From PVC group bacterium (GTDB lineage: Bacteria; Auribacterota; Erginobacteria; Erginobacterales; Erginobacteraceae): DNA of 23,735 bases. The DNA lies in NCBI GenBank assembly GCA_043804695.1, contig JAZDIV010000071.1:1-23735 (forward strand). The letters are read 5' to 3'. Positions 10,989-23,323 of the stretch are shown here, in pieces (position 1 is the stretch's first letter; each line of letters opens with the position of its first letter). Made by a program: the position numbers and the translations under genes. The notes below the pieces were generated by a model. That model worked only from the letters and a program-made list of their open reading frames with translations. It had not been told where the DNA came from and did no database searches.

Positions 10989-11014
10989 TAAAATTTTTCT
11001 TCGAAAAATTTTAA
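10989..11014. promoter_or_regulatory. 26-bp palindrome adjacent to the clpB RBS (candidate operator or inserted palindrome)
   Basis: TAAAATTTTTC-TTC-GAAAAATTTTAA, identical to 14720-14745 upstream of groES. Confidence 0.55.
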
Positions 11015-11052
11015 CTGATCATATTTCGATGTTTTGTTCTTTGATCGTTCAA

Positions 11053-11775
11053 CTACTCCAATTTATTCATAATTCGGTTCAAAGAAGAAACTTCGGAGGG
11101 ATTAAGCCGTCTCCACATTCCCCGGGGGAGGCCTCCCAGGGCGAGCGGACCGATCGCCATCCTTTGTAAAGAGGACACTTTGTTGCCCACCGCCTGGAGC
11201 ATCCGCTTCACCTGGCGCTTTTTCCCTTCCCCGATGACGACCTCGACCCGGCGCCGGTCCGGGGAGAGGATCCTCACCCGGGCGGGGGCGGTCCGGAAGC
11301 CGTCGTCCAGCCGGACCCCTTTTTTCATCCTGTCCTCCTGCCGGACGGAGAGGGGGGCGGCCAGCTCCAGCCGGTACGTCTTCATCATCCGGTGGGACGG
11401 GTGGGTCAGCTTCTGGGCGAAGGCGCCGTCGTTGGTCAGGACCAGCAGCCCTTCCGAATCGAGGTCGAGCCGGCCGGCGGGGTAGAGCCGTTCGGAGATG
11501 CCGGGGATCAGGTCGGTCACCAGGGGGCGGCCGAAACGGTCCCGCAGGCTGCAGAGACAGCCGGACGGCTTGTGCAGCATCAGGTAGATTTTCTTCTCCG
11601 GCCGAACAACCCGGCCGTCCACCTCGACCGTGTCCGCGGCCGGGTCGACGACCGTCCCCGGTTCGGTGGCCGGCCGGCCGTTGACCGATACCCGGCCCCG
11701 GAGCATCATCCGCTCCGCTTCCCGCCGGGAGGCGACACCGGCCTGAGAAAGGTATTTTTGCAGACGCATTCTCAT
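11053..11775 (-). CDS. rluB: rRNA pseudouridine synthase, RsuA/RluB family
   Basis: S4 domain MRLQKYLSQAGVASRREAE, catalytic GRLD, SEGLL, EGKKRQVKRM. Start placed at 11775 (ATGA overlap with the comF stop) rather than 11841. Confidence 0.9.
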   Translation of the reverse strand: MRMRLQKYLSQAGVASRREAERMMLRGRVSVNGRPATEPGTVVDPAADTVEVDGRVVRPEKKIYLMLHKPSGCLCSLRDRFGRPLVTDLIPGISERLYPAGRLDLDSEGLLVLTNDGAFAQKLTHPSHRMMKTYRLELAAPLSVRQEDRMKKGVRLDDGFRTAPARVRILSPDRRRVEVVIGEGKKRQVKRMLQAVGNKVSSLQRMAIGPLALGGLPRGMWRRLNPSEVSSLNRIMNKLE

Positions 11776-12524
11776 ACCGCCCGGGCCAGTGTCAGCACAT
11801 CCACCCTCTCCGCTCCCGCTTTCATCAATACCTCCGCGCACGCGCTGACGGTGGCGCCCGTGGTGTGGACATCATCGATCAGGAGAAGGGACCGGTCCCG
11901 GAAGCGGGCGGGGTCAACCACCCGGAAGGCGCCCCGGACGTTCTTCTCCCGCTCTTTCCGGCTCAGACGGGTCTGGGTCCCCGTGTACCGCTCCCGGATC
12001 AGGCCTTTCCGCTCCAGCCGGATCCCGGTCCGCCGGCTCAGGCCGGCGGCCAGAAGCGCCGACTGGTTGAACCCCCGTTCCCGCGCCTTGCGGGGATGGA
12101 GCGGGACCGCCAGGACTCCATCGTAATCTGACCGGCGATAGCGGGCCGAAAAGACCGCGTGCAGCCGTTCGGCCGCCGCCGCCGATAGGTAGGGGTTCCG
12201 GCTGTACTTGTAGCCGAGGACCAGGCTCTTGCCCGCTCCCCGGAGAAGGAAGGCCGCCCGGGCCCGGCGGAAGGGCGGAGGGTTCTTCCGGCAGGAGGAG
12301 CATTCCGCCGGGGGGAGCACCTCCCCCTCCAGGGGCCGCCCGCACCGGCCGCAGACCGGCCCGGTGATCAGGAAGAGAAACGGGAGACAGGCGGGGCAGA
12401 GATACTCCCGGTTCCGGTAATCGAGAAGCCGCCCGCAGTGGACGCACTCCTTCGGGAAGAAGAAATGCAGCAGCCATAGTAAACTTTCTGGCATTGAATG
12501 AAGTGAGTACATCCCCTTGAACAT
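11772..12524 (-). CDS. comF: ComF family protein (double zinc ribbon plus PRTase domain)
   Basis: Four CxxC pairs, VPLH, RGFNQS, and the PRPP loop LIDDVHTTGAT. Exact start uncertain. Confidence 0.92.
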   Translation of the reverse strand: MFKGMYSLHSMPESLLWLLHFFFPKECVHCGRLLDYRNREYLCPACLPFLFLITGPVCGRCGRPLEGEVLPPAECSSCRKNPPPFRRARAAFLLRGAGKSLVLGYKYSRNPYLSAAAAERLHAVFSARYRRSDYDGVLAVPLHPRKARERGFNQSALLAAGLSRRTGIRLERKGLIRERYTGTQTRLSRKEREKNVRGAFRVVDPARFRDRSLLLIDDVHTTGATVSACAEVLMKAGAERVDVLTLARAV

Positions 12525-12681
12525 AAGAACAGATACTTGTTTCCCCGGTGGGATGATATCATGCGGGCACTCATAAATTTAAGGATAAAAATCACGTATC
12601 AAGCATATAGTGCAATGGAATGTTGGTGTTATGGTATACTTTGATTTATCGGGAATAATGCTGCATGGCATTAAAACACTA

Positions 12682-12718
12682 AAAAAGGCGGCCCCGCCAG
12701 AGGCGGGGCCGCCTTTTT
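12682..12718 (-). terminator. Intrinsic (possibly bidirectional) terminator downstream of groEL
   Basis: AAAAAGGCGGCCCCGCC-AGA-GGCGGGGCCGCCTTTTT: perfect GC-rich stem with T tracts on both strands. Confidence 0.85.
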
Positions 12719-12753
12719 ACCCGCAATTATAATTTCCCGCAGGGGAATTATAA

Positions 12754-14415
<1,662 letters not shown>

Positions 14416-14703
14416 TTACTTCACTATCGCCAAAATGTCATCCTGACTCAGAATCAAATAATCCTCGTCGTCGATCTTGACTTCCGTCCCGGAATACTTG
14501 CCGATCAGGACCTGATCGCCTTTCTTGACCTCGAGGTCGACCTTGGTCCCGTTCTCCAGGATCTTTCCGGTCCCGATGGCGATCACCTTCGCCTCCATCG
14601 GTTTTTCCTGGGCGGTGTCGGGGATGATGATCCCCCCCTTCTTCGACTCACCCGGCTCCAGTCTCTGAACCAGCACCCGGTCGCCTAACGGTTTGATATT
14701 CAT
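14416..14703 (-). CDS. groES: Co-chaperonin GroES
   Basis: [40 protein letters not shown]. Confidence 0.99.
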   Translation of the reverse strand: MNIKPLGDRVLVQRLEPGESKKGGIIIPDTAQEKPMEAKVIAIGTGKILENGTKVDLEVKKGDQVLIGKYSGTEVKIDDEDYLILSQDDILAIVK

Positions 14704-14718
14704 GGGCCTTGCCTCCTT

Positions 14719-14745
14719 TTAAAATTTTTCTTCGAAAAATTTTAA
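14719..14745. promoter_or_regulatory. Palindrome adjacent to the groES RBS (second copy)
   Basis: TTAAAATTTTTC-TTC-GAAAAATTTTAA with perfect 12-bp arms. Confidence 0.55.
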
Positions 14746-14892
14746 TATTGAACACATGTCATTTTTACTTCTTTATCGGGGTCTGACTTTTTTTCGATAT
14801 CCCTGGTCACCTCCTTTTTAACTCTTGATCAATCAGAACGCAAACTGATATGCCGCGTCAATAAAACGGGGGCCCGCCGCCGATATTCCCGC

Positions 14893-16821
<1,929 letters not shown>

Positions 16822-17011
16822 TTATTTTTCCTCCTCGGATTTATCTAAATTATCTTGCTTCGCTCGCAAATTCAGATAATTACATTTTTTATAATGATTA
16901 AACTTATAGATTTAATATTAATAAATGTCCAACGGCTTGCGCCAATACGGTAACTCCGACCCATTATTGATATTCCGAAGGAACATGGTTATTCGAGTCA
17001 TACACTATAGA

Positions 17012-17027
17012 TGCAATTAACATGCCA
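17012..17027 (-). promoter_or_regulatory. Sigma54 (-24/-12) promoter for dnaK
   Basis: The minus strand reads TGGCATGTTAATTGCA, i.e. GG-N10-GC in TGGCA...TTGCA context. It points toward dnaK and has an AT-rich tract upstream. Confidence 0.7.
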
Positions 17028-17226
17028 CTTCGGAAGAATATCCCTAAAAATAAATAATTCATTGCAACTAGTTAAAATTAAATCAATTATAAAAACAGCC
17101 AGTATACTATCAACAGAGTTTGCCGGCTGGATGGATGAGTAATCATGACACACATTCAGCCTGCTGTCACGGCAGTGTATCTTTTTGTCTCAGTCGGGAC
17201 GCTGGGATCTGTCGGATGAATTATGA

Positions 17227-17291
17227 GGAGTACTGGAGTGATGGTGTGGTCAAATATAGGGTGATGGAGTGTTGGAATGATGGAGTGATGG
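17227..17291. repeat. Degenerate octamer array (TGGAGTGA)n
   Basis: tggagtga, tggagtgt, tggaatga, tggagtga. A related degenerate array lies at 12616-12639. Confidence 0.7.
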
Positions 17292-17419
17292 TGACTGTCT
17301 CCCTTTATCCATCAATCCCCCTTCTTACCTTTTTATTCAATTCTCTTTCGTGTTCTTCGTATACTTCGTGGTATTATTCCCCTAATTAGATGACCTTGCA
17401 TTCGTCCATCGGCGGCATG

Positions 17420-17445
17420 GGGGCGATCACAAGGATCGCCCCTAC
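17420..17445 (-). repeat. GTAG-family REP sequence
   Basis: Minus strand GTAGGGGCGATC-CTTGT-GATCGCCCC: a GTAG foot with a 9-bp stem. Confidence 0.8.
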
Positions 17446-17478
17446 ACCCGGTTTATTGAAATTCCGAGGCAGCAGGTT

Positions 17479-17889
17479 ATGATCACCGAAAAAGAACGAG
17501 ATGAACTGCTCCGCCGGGCCGGGGAAGCCAGGAAGCACGCCCATGCTCCCTACAGCAGATACCTGGTGGGGGCGACGGTCCTCACCGCGAAGGGAAACTA
17601 CTTTAGCGGCTGCAACGTGGAGAACGCGGCGTTCACCATCACCACCCACGCGGAAGGGAACGCGCTGGGCGCCGCAGTCGCGGCCGGGGAGACCGAGTTC
17701 ACGGCGCTTTTAGTGCTGACCGACGGTTCCCCTCCCCCATTCCCCTGCGCCATCTGCCGCCAGTCCCTGGCCGAGTTCGACCGGGGTGAGATGCTGATCC
17801 TGGCCGCCAATACCGGCGGAGAGATCCGGGAGATCCGGTTCTCCGAACTTTATCCGGAGATGTTCGGCCCCCACAAACTGGGGATATAA
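17479..17889 (+). CDS. cdd: Cytidine deaminase (homotetrameric type)
   Basis: APYS, GCNVENA, and the HAE and PCAICRQ zinc motifs. Confidence 0.95.
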   Translation: MITEKERDELLRRAGEARKHAHAPYSRYLVGATVLTAKGNYFSGCNVENAAFTITTHAEGNALGAAVAAGETEFTALLVLTDGSPPPFPCAICRQSLAEFDRGEMLILAANTGGEIREIRFSELYPEMFGPHKLGI

Positions 17890-17925
17890 TTTTCCCCTCA
17901 CCGGAACGGTGAGGGGAAAATTATA
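17885..17925. terminator. Perfect 19-bp hairpin between convergent cdd and priA (probable bidirectional terminator)
   Basis: TATAATTTTCCCCTCACCG-GAA-CGGTGAGGGGAAAATTATA. Contains both stop codons. Confidence 0.7.
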
Positions 17926-20170
17926 ACATCGAGATCGGGTCGACATCGACCTCGATTTTCACGTCCCGGTCGCGGCCCAGTCCCGGGAGCACCTCCCGGA
18001 GGGCCCGGAGAGTGGAGACCACCCCCTTCGTCTTCATCAGCAGCTGATGGCGGTACCGGCCCCGGATCCGGCTGATCGGGGGCGGGGCGGACCCCATGAT
18101 CTCGTCCGCCCTGTCCAGGGCGGGGGCGAGGAGCCGCCCGAGATGCTCGCAGACCCGCCGGCTCTTTTCCTCGTTGCGGGAAAGGACCGTCACGATGATG
18201 AAGTGATTGAGGGGCGGGTAGCCCAGCTCCTCCCGGAACACAATCTCTTTTTCGAAGAACGGCCCGTACTCCTGCCGGACGGCGGCGACGAGGGCGGGAT
18301 GGCTCGGAGAATAGGTCTGGACGATGACCGTCCCCTTCAGCTCCCCCCGGCCCGCCCGGCCGGCGACCTGGGTCAGAATCTGGAAGGTGTACTCGGTGGC
18401 CCGGAAGTCGGCCAGGCTCAACGCCGTGTCGGCCATGATCACCCCGACCAGGGTCACGTTGGGGTAATCGAGCCCCTTGGCGATCATCTGGGTCCCGACC
18501 AGGATGTCAATCCGTCCAGCCTTGAACTCCTCCAGTATCCGGCGGTGGGCGTCCCGTTCGCCGACCGCGTCGGTGTCCATCCTCCGGACCCGGGCCCGCG
18601 GGAATATTTTCCCGATCTGCTCCTCGATCCGCTGGGTCCCCCGGCCGGAAAAGGTCAGATGTTTCGACCCGCAGGCCGGGCACCGGGGCGGCGGGGGGGC
18701 GGTGCAGCCGCAGATGTGGCAGACCTGGCGGCCGGTCCGCTTGTGGTAGGTCAGCGAGACGCTGCAGTGGCTGCACCGGGCGACATAGCCGCAGTCCGGG
18801 CAGGTAAGCACGGTGAAGAACCCCCGGCGGTTCAGGAAGAGGATCGTCTGCCTCCCCGCGTCCAGGTTGTTTTTTATCTCGACGAGCAGGGTGTCCGAGA
18901 AAGAGATGCCGCCCTTCTGCCGCTCCCACTCCCGGCGCATATCGACGATCTTCACCGCCGGCAACATCGCCTCCTCGGGCCGGTTCCGCAGGGAGAGAAG
19001 CGTGTACTTCCCCTGCCGCTGGTTATAGTAGCTTTCGATCGACGGGGTCGCCGAGCCGAGGATGACCCCGCATCCATCGATCTTGCCCCGCATCACGGCC
19101 ACGTCGCGGGCGTGGTAAAAGGGGCTGATCGCGGACTGCTTGTATGACGTCTCGTGCTCCTCGTCGACGATGATCAGGCCGGGGTTCTTCAGCGGGGCGA
19201 AGACCGCCGAGCGCGGGCCGAGGACGACCCGGGCGCGGCCGTCCGCGATCCGCCGCCAGGCCTCGTAGCGCTCTCCCGCGGACTGGGCGCTGTGGATGAT
19301 GACCACCTCTTCCCCGAAGCGAGCCCGGAACCTCTCCCCGGTCTGCGGGGTCAGGGATATTTCCGGGACCAGCACGAGCGCCTCCTTCTCCCTCTCCAGC
19401 ACCAGCGAGATGGCCTGGAGGTAGATCTCGGTCTTGCCGCTCCCGGTAATCCCGTGAAGAAGAAAGACCAGGAAATCTTCACCGGCGATCGCCTCCCGGA
19501 TCGCCGCGAAAGCGGCCTCCTGTTCCCCGGTGAGCCGGAGGGGGCGGGTGGGCAGGATATCCTCTCGCCGACGCCGGGCGGCATACCGGTCTTCCCCGGC
19601 CACGGCGACCAGCCCCTTCTTCTCCAGGGCGGCGAGCGAGCCGCGGGAGGAGGAGGCGGACTTTAGAAGGTCGGCAACGGCCACCGGGCCTCCCCTTTTC
19701 CGGGCCAGGCAGTCGAGGATGGCGGCCTGCCGGGGGGCTTTTCCGATCAGTTCCGGTATCGCGGCCCGGGCCTGTTCCTCCGGCACGGAGAGGGACGCCT
19801 GCCGGATCAATGCCGGCTGCCGGCTGTTCCGAACCGGGGCCGGCAGCGCGGTCTTGAAGGCCCGGGGGAACGAACAGAAGTAGTACCGGGAGACCCATCG
19901 GATCAAGGAGACCAGGCTCTCCCCGAAGAGGGGCTCCGCCTGGATGATCCGGATCAGCGGCCGCGGCTCCTTGCCGGGGGGGGATTCCTTCACCAGGCCG
20001 GTCACGAAGCCGGCGGCACGCGTTCCGCCCAGAGGGACCAGGACCTTCTGCCCCACCCGCAGTCTCCCGGCCAGGGCGCCGGGGATCGCGTAGGTGAAAC
20101 AGAGATCGGCCGGGAGGTTTATGACAACCTCGGCGTAGTGAATATCGTCACTTGGTGGAATAACACTCAT
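17921..20170 (-). CDS. priA: Primosomal protein N' (replication restart helicase PriA)
   Basis: GITGSGKTE, DEEHE, SATPS, four CxxC pairs, GTQMIAKGLD, QVAGRAGR, DVDP C-terminus. Confidence 0.98.
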   Translation of the reverse strand: MSVIPPSDDIHYAEVVINLPADLCFTYAIPGALAGRLRVGQKVLVPLGGTRAAGFVTGLVKESPPGKEPRPLIRIIQAEPLFGESLVSLIRWVSRYYFCSFPRAFKTALPAPVRNSRQPALIRQASLSVPEEQARAAIPELIGKAPRQAAILDCLARKRGGPVAVADLLKSASSSRGSLAALEKKGLVAVAGEDRYAARRRREDILPTRPLRLTGEQEAAFAAIREAIAGEDFLVFLLHGITGSGKTEIYLQAISLVLEREKEALVLVPEISLTPQTGERFRARFGEEVVIIHSAQSAGERYEAWRRIADGRARVVLGPRSAVFAPLKNPGLIIVDEEHETSYKQSAISPFYHARDVAVMRGKIDGCGVILGSATPSIESYYNQRQGKYTLLSLRNRPEEAMLPAVKIVDMRREWERQKGGISFSDTLLVEIKNNLDAGRQTILFLNRRGFFTVLTCPDCGYVARCSHCSVSLTYHKRTGRQVCHICGCTAPPPPRCPACGSKHLTFSGRGTQRIEEQIGKIFPRARVRRMDTDAVGERDAHRRILEEFKAGRIDILVGTQMIAKGLDYPNVTLVGVIMADTALSLADFRATEYTFQILTQVAGRAGRGELKGTVIVQTYSPSHPALVAAVRQEYGPFFEKEIVFREELGYPPLNHFIIVTVLSRNEEKSRRVCEHLGRLLAPALDRADEIMGSAPPPISRIRGRYRHQLLMKTKGVVSTLRALREVLPGLGRDRDVKIEVDVDPISML

Positions 20171-20229
20171 AGAAAAGCTGAACGTTCATTCTTTTTTCTG
20201 TCATCTATCAGTCGTTGCAACCGCGGTTT

Positions 20230-21000
20230 TTATTCCATTTTTTCTAAAAAATCCCGCAGCATCTTCATGTCCTCCCAGACTTTCTTCCGGTTCTCCGGGG
20301 TGTAGACCCGGAGCAGGTAGGCGGGGTGGTAGGTGGGGAGGAGGGGGATCCCCCGGTAATCGTGGAACCGGCCCCGGAGCCGGCCGATCCCGGACTCGGT
20401 TTCCAGCAGGGTCTTGACGGCCGGGGAGCCAAGGGTGACGATAACGCGGGGGCGCAGGAGCTCGATCTGCTTCTCCAGGAAGGGCCGGCAGGCGGCCGCC
20501 TCATCTGATTGGGGATCGCGGTTGTCGGGCGGACGGCACTTCACGATGTTCGTGATGTACACGTCATCGCGGCTGAGCGAGATCGAGGACAGGACTTTCT
20601 CCAGGAGCTGCCCCGAGCGGCCCACGAACGGGCGCCCGATCCGGTCTTCATCCGCTCCCGGCCCCTCGCCGATAAAAAGAATCCGTTTCCGGTTCCCGCC
20701 CTCTCCGGGGACGACCTGCCGGCGGGTGGAAGCGAGGCCGCATTTCCGGCAGCCCGCGATCTCCCGGAGCAGGGCCCGAAACCGCTCCGGAAGAGAGGCC
20801 GCCTCCTTTTCCGGGAGGGTCTTTTCCGCCGCCGGGGGGGCCGTCCGGGCCGCCCGGGGTTTCTTCTTCACCAAGCCGGCCGGGCCGCGGGCCGACTCGA
20901 CGGTTTCAATCCCCTCCTCCTTCAGCTGCTCGAAAAAGCGGCGGAAATCGTAGAGGAGCTCCCGCATTTTCTCCTCTATTTTTTCTTCGCTTTTATTCAC
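20230..21000 (-). CDS. Uracil-DNA glycosylase, family 4
   Basis: CRKCGL, IGEGPG, RPFVGRSG, NIVKCRPPDNRDP, TYHPAYLLR. GTG start, with an alternative internal ATG possible. Confidence 0.95.
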   Translation of the reverse strand: MNKSEEKIEEKMRELLYDFRRFFEQLKEEGIETVESARGPAGLVKKKPRAARTAPPAAEKTLPEKEAASLPERFRALLREIAGCRKCGLASTRRQVVPGEGGNRKRILFIGEGPGADEDRIGRPFVGRSGQLLEKVLSSISLSRDDVYITNIVKCRPPDNRDPQSDEAAACRPFLEKQIELLRPRVIVTLGSPAVKTLLETESGIGRLRGRFHDYRGIPLLPTYHPAYLLRVYTPENRKKVWEDMKMLRDFLEKME

Positions 21001-21014
21001 AACACGTTCCGTTT

Positions 21015-21273
21015 TAACCTGGATTGTTCATGAAAATGAAATATTTTCATGAACAATCCAGGTTACTGATTATCTTTCAATGTATTGTGGAAAGCAAACG
21101 TGTTCACACGCCGAAAGCACACTATTTTATCTTCCCCGAAAGGACTACGTGCTGTTCTTCCGGTTAACCCGATTTACGGCTGTCTGTCGCCAGACAGCCG
21201 TAAATCGGGTTAAATCATTATGCCTGAATATCCGCGCGACATCAATAACCCGATTTATTCATACATCGGGTTA
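21015..21273. repeat. Cluster of three TAACC...GGTTA-ended inverted repeats
   Basis: Perfect 23-bp arms at 21015-21065 and 21164-21213, and 9-bp arms at 21246-21273. Confidence 0.85.
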
Positions 21274-21305
21274 GTTTTAAAACGGGAGTAACAGCCCTGA
21301 AGGCG

Positions 21306-22073
21306 TCAAACCCGCAAGAGCGGTCTGACGATCTCGTCAAAGATACTGAAGGATGCCTGAAGAGCCGGTGATTCAACCGGAAGCCGCAGGAGGGACTTCT
21401 CCTCCAGGTCGAAGGCGTCGACCAGGGGATCGTGAGGGATCGCTCCGATCAGGGAGAGCCCGGGGGGGGCGGTGGGCGGGCTCCCCGCCTCCATCGCGGC
21501 CGGCACCTGATTGAAGATGAGGTGCTCCGCTTTCGCTTCGATCTTCAGCTCCCGGACCAGATCGTGAATGCGGACGGCGGTCTTCAGCCCCCGGGGGCTG
21601 GGGCCGAAGACGATCAGGAGAAGATCCAGGCGGCGCAGGAGCCGGCGGCTCAGATGTTCCAGACCCGCTTCATTGTCAACCACCATCGCCGGGTATTGAA
21701 CGGAGATGGCCTGCAGGATGCTCCGCAGGACCTGGTTCGGGTAGCAGTAACAGCCGGGCCCTTCGGGCCGGCCCATGGTGATCAGGTCGTACCCGTCTTC
21801 CTCGGCGATGCTTTCCTCGAGGCCCATCCGCAGCAGTTCCTGCTTGCTCAGGGCGGTGGGATTTTTTTTCGTCTCCTCTAAAAGCTCGTCGCAGATCGTG
21901 CCCACATCCCCGTCCGGGGCAATCCCCAGCACCCGCCCCAGGTTGGCGTTGGGGTCGGCGTCCACCGCCAGGACCGGGCGGGGCCCCTTCTCCAGCAGAT
22001 ACCTGATCAGGAGGGCCGCAACGGTGGTCTTCCCCACCCCGCCTTTGCCGCAGATGCCGATGATTGCCGTCAC
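21306..22073 (-). CDS. cooC: CooC/AcsF-type nickel-insertion ATPase (CODH/ACS maturation)
   Basis: GKGGVGKTT, DADPNANL, GRPEGPGCYC, DNEAGLEHLSR. Confidence 0.9.
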   Translation of the reverse strand: MTAIIGICGKGGVGKTTVAALLIRYLLEKGPRPVLAVDADPNANLGRVLGIAPDGDVGTICDELLEETKKNPTALSKQELLRMGLEESIAEEDGYDLITMGRPEGPGCYCYPNQVLRSILQAISVQYPAMVVDNEAGLEHLSRRLLRRLDLLLIVFGPSPRGLKTAVRIHDLVRELKIEAKAEHLIFNQVPAAMEAGSPPTAPPGLSLIGAIPHDPLVDAFDLEEKSLLRLPVESPALQASFSIFDEIVRPLLRV

Positions 22074-22142
22074 AATTATTCCCAGAGTAATCTATCAATT
22101 TTTCAATGTATCACAATTAGGTTTTGAAGCCGCAAGGTTTAT

Positions 22143-22231
22143 AAATTCCAAATTACAAATTCCTCAGCCAGAGGCTGATCCGCCTCTGGCGGAGATCAGC
22201 CTTTGGCTGAGGAATTTGTGATTTGGGATTT
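22143..22231. repeat. Inverted heptamer arrays joined by one complete and one partial 30-bp element
   Basis: aaattcc aaattac aaattcc [22164-22193] [gatcagcctttggctga] ggaattt gtgattt gggattt. Confidence 0.85.
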
Positions 22232-22238
22232 CAAGGAG

Positions 22239-23306
22239 CTATTCATTTTTTATTCGCTCGGATATTTCATAGTTAATCTTCAATATCTTCCGGCACTGCT
22301 CCGGTGTCACCGTCCCCATCCCGCAGCTGGGGGTGATCAGGGATTTCTCGATCAGCTCGGTGCGGGGAATCCCCTCCTCTTCCAGTCTTTCCCATGAAAC
22401 CATCAGCCGCTTCCAGAGAGAGTCGGCGTCCTCACTGTCGATATCACTGGTAGAGGGAGTAATTCCCCAGGCCAGCAAGCCACCCCGTTCCAGAAAATCC
22501 CGGACCTGCCCGGCATAGAGAAGAAGGTTTTTCGCATAGCCGAACGCGTCGAAACTCAGGATATCGACATCGGTTCTCATCAGAATCGACCAGTCGGTAT
22601 TGGCACAGCAATGTATCCCGGCCAGCGCCCCCTCCTGGTGAATCCCGGCAATCACCTCATTCAATTTTTCGATCACATCCCCGATCCGGAGACTGACCAG
22701 GGCCGAGCCGACCGACGCCAGGTACGGTTCATCGATGAAGATGAGGACCCGGTCGCAGTAGGGCGAGCATTTCCCTACCTGCCATCGTGCTTTCAGGGCG
22801 ATTGTCTTCGTTATGGCGTCGAATATTTCCGCGTTATACAGGGACGGCTTCCGGTTCTGATCGGTGATGGTGAGGCCGAAGGTGATCGGGCCGGTCACGC
22901 ACCCCTTGATATTAGGATAGCGGTGCCCCAAAGCCAGATACTTCAATAATGAATCAAATCCAAGAGCGTAGTCCGGAGTAGGGCCGAAGAATTCCAGGTC
23001 CTCCTCAATCAATTTCAGGTAGAAAGCTTCCAGTTCGGCACCGAGACCATCATCGATTCTGAAAGAAATCTTTCCCCCCTCGATATCCAGAATCAGGGCG
23101 GGCATCCCTTTGCTGAACTGGGGACACATGTTCTCTTTCAGACCCCTTTTCGGCAGCTGCGGCCAGGCGGGAGCTTCGGGGAGGTACTCCCGGATCAGGT
23201 CAAGGGCCGGCGCCGGGTCGATCTGCGGAAAACTCCCGATCGCGGTCGCTAAACCGCAGGGTTTGAACTCGTCTATTCTGTCGCCCGTGTTATCCATGTT
23301 ATCCAT
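22239..23306 (-). CDS. Core (single-barrel, MetE C-terminal-like) methionine synthase, probably MesB-like
   Basis: TAIGSFP, WPQLP, KGCVTGPITF, FIDEP, GIHCC, SFDA, AWG, ITPSCG zinc-site motifs. At 355 aa it lacks the N-terminal folate-binding barrel. Confidence 0.8.
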   Translation of the reverse strand: MDNMDNTGDRIDEFKPCGLATAIGSFPQIDPAPALDLIREYLPEAPAWPQLPKRGLKENMCPQFSKGMPALILDIEGGKISFRIDDGLGAELEAFYLKLIEEDLEFFGPTPDYALGFDSLLKYLALGHRYPNIKGCVTGPITFGLTITDQNRKPSLYNAEIFDAITKTIALKARWQVGKCSPYCDRVLIFIDEPYLASVGSALVSLRIGDVIEKLNEVIAGIHQEGALAGIHCCANTDWSILMRTDVDILSFDAFGYAKNLLLYAGQVRDFLERGGLLAWGITPSTSDIDSEDADSLWKRLMVSWERLEEEGIPRTELIEKSLITPSCGMGTVTPEQCRKILKINYEISERIKNE

Positions 23307-23323
23307 AACAATTCACCTGAGAA

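Noticed and set aside
11776..11841. N-terminal extension of the pseudouridine synthase in the ORF track
   Set aside because: It overlaps the comF coding sequence. Family similarity starts at MRLQKYL, and the ATGA overlap supports a start at 11775.
14839..14855. Sigma54-like CGGCATATCAGTTTGCG upstream of groES
   Set aside because: The GG-to-GC spacing is 11 nt rather than the strictly required 10.
17120..17389. 89-aa ORF in the dnaK-cdd intergenic region
   Set aside because: TTG start, with its W/V-rich content coming from the octamer array. No support for coding.
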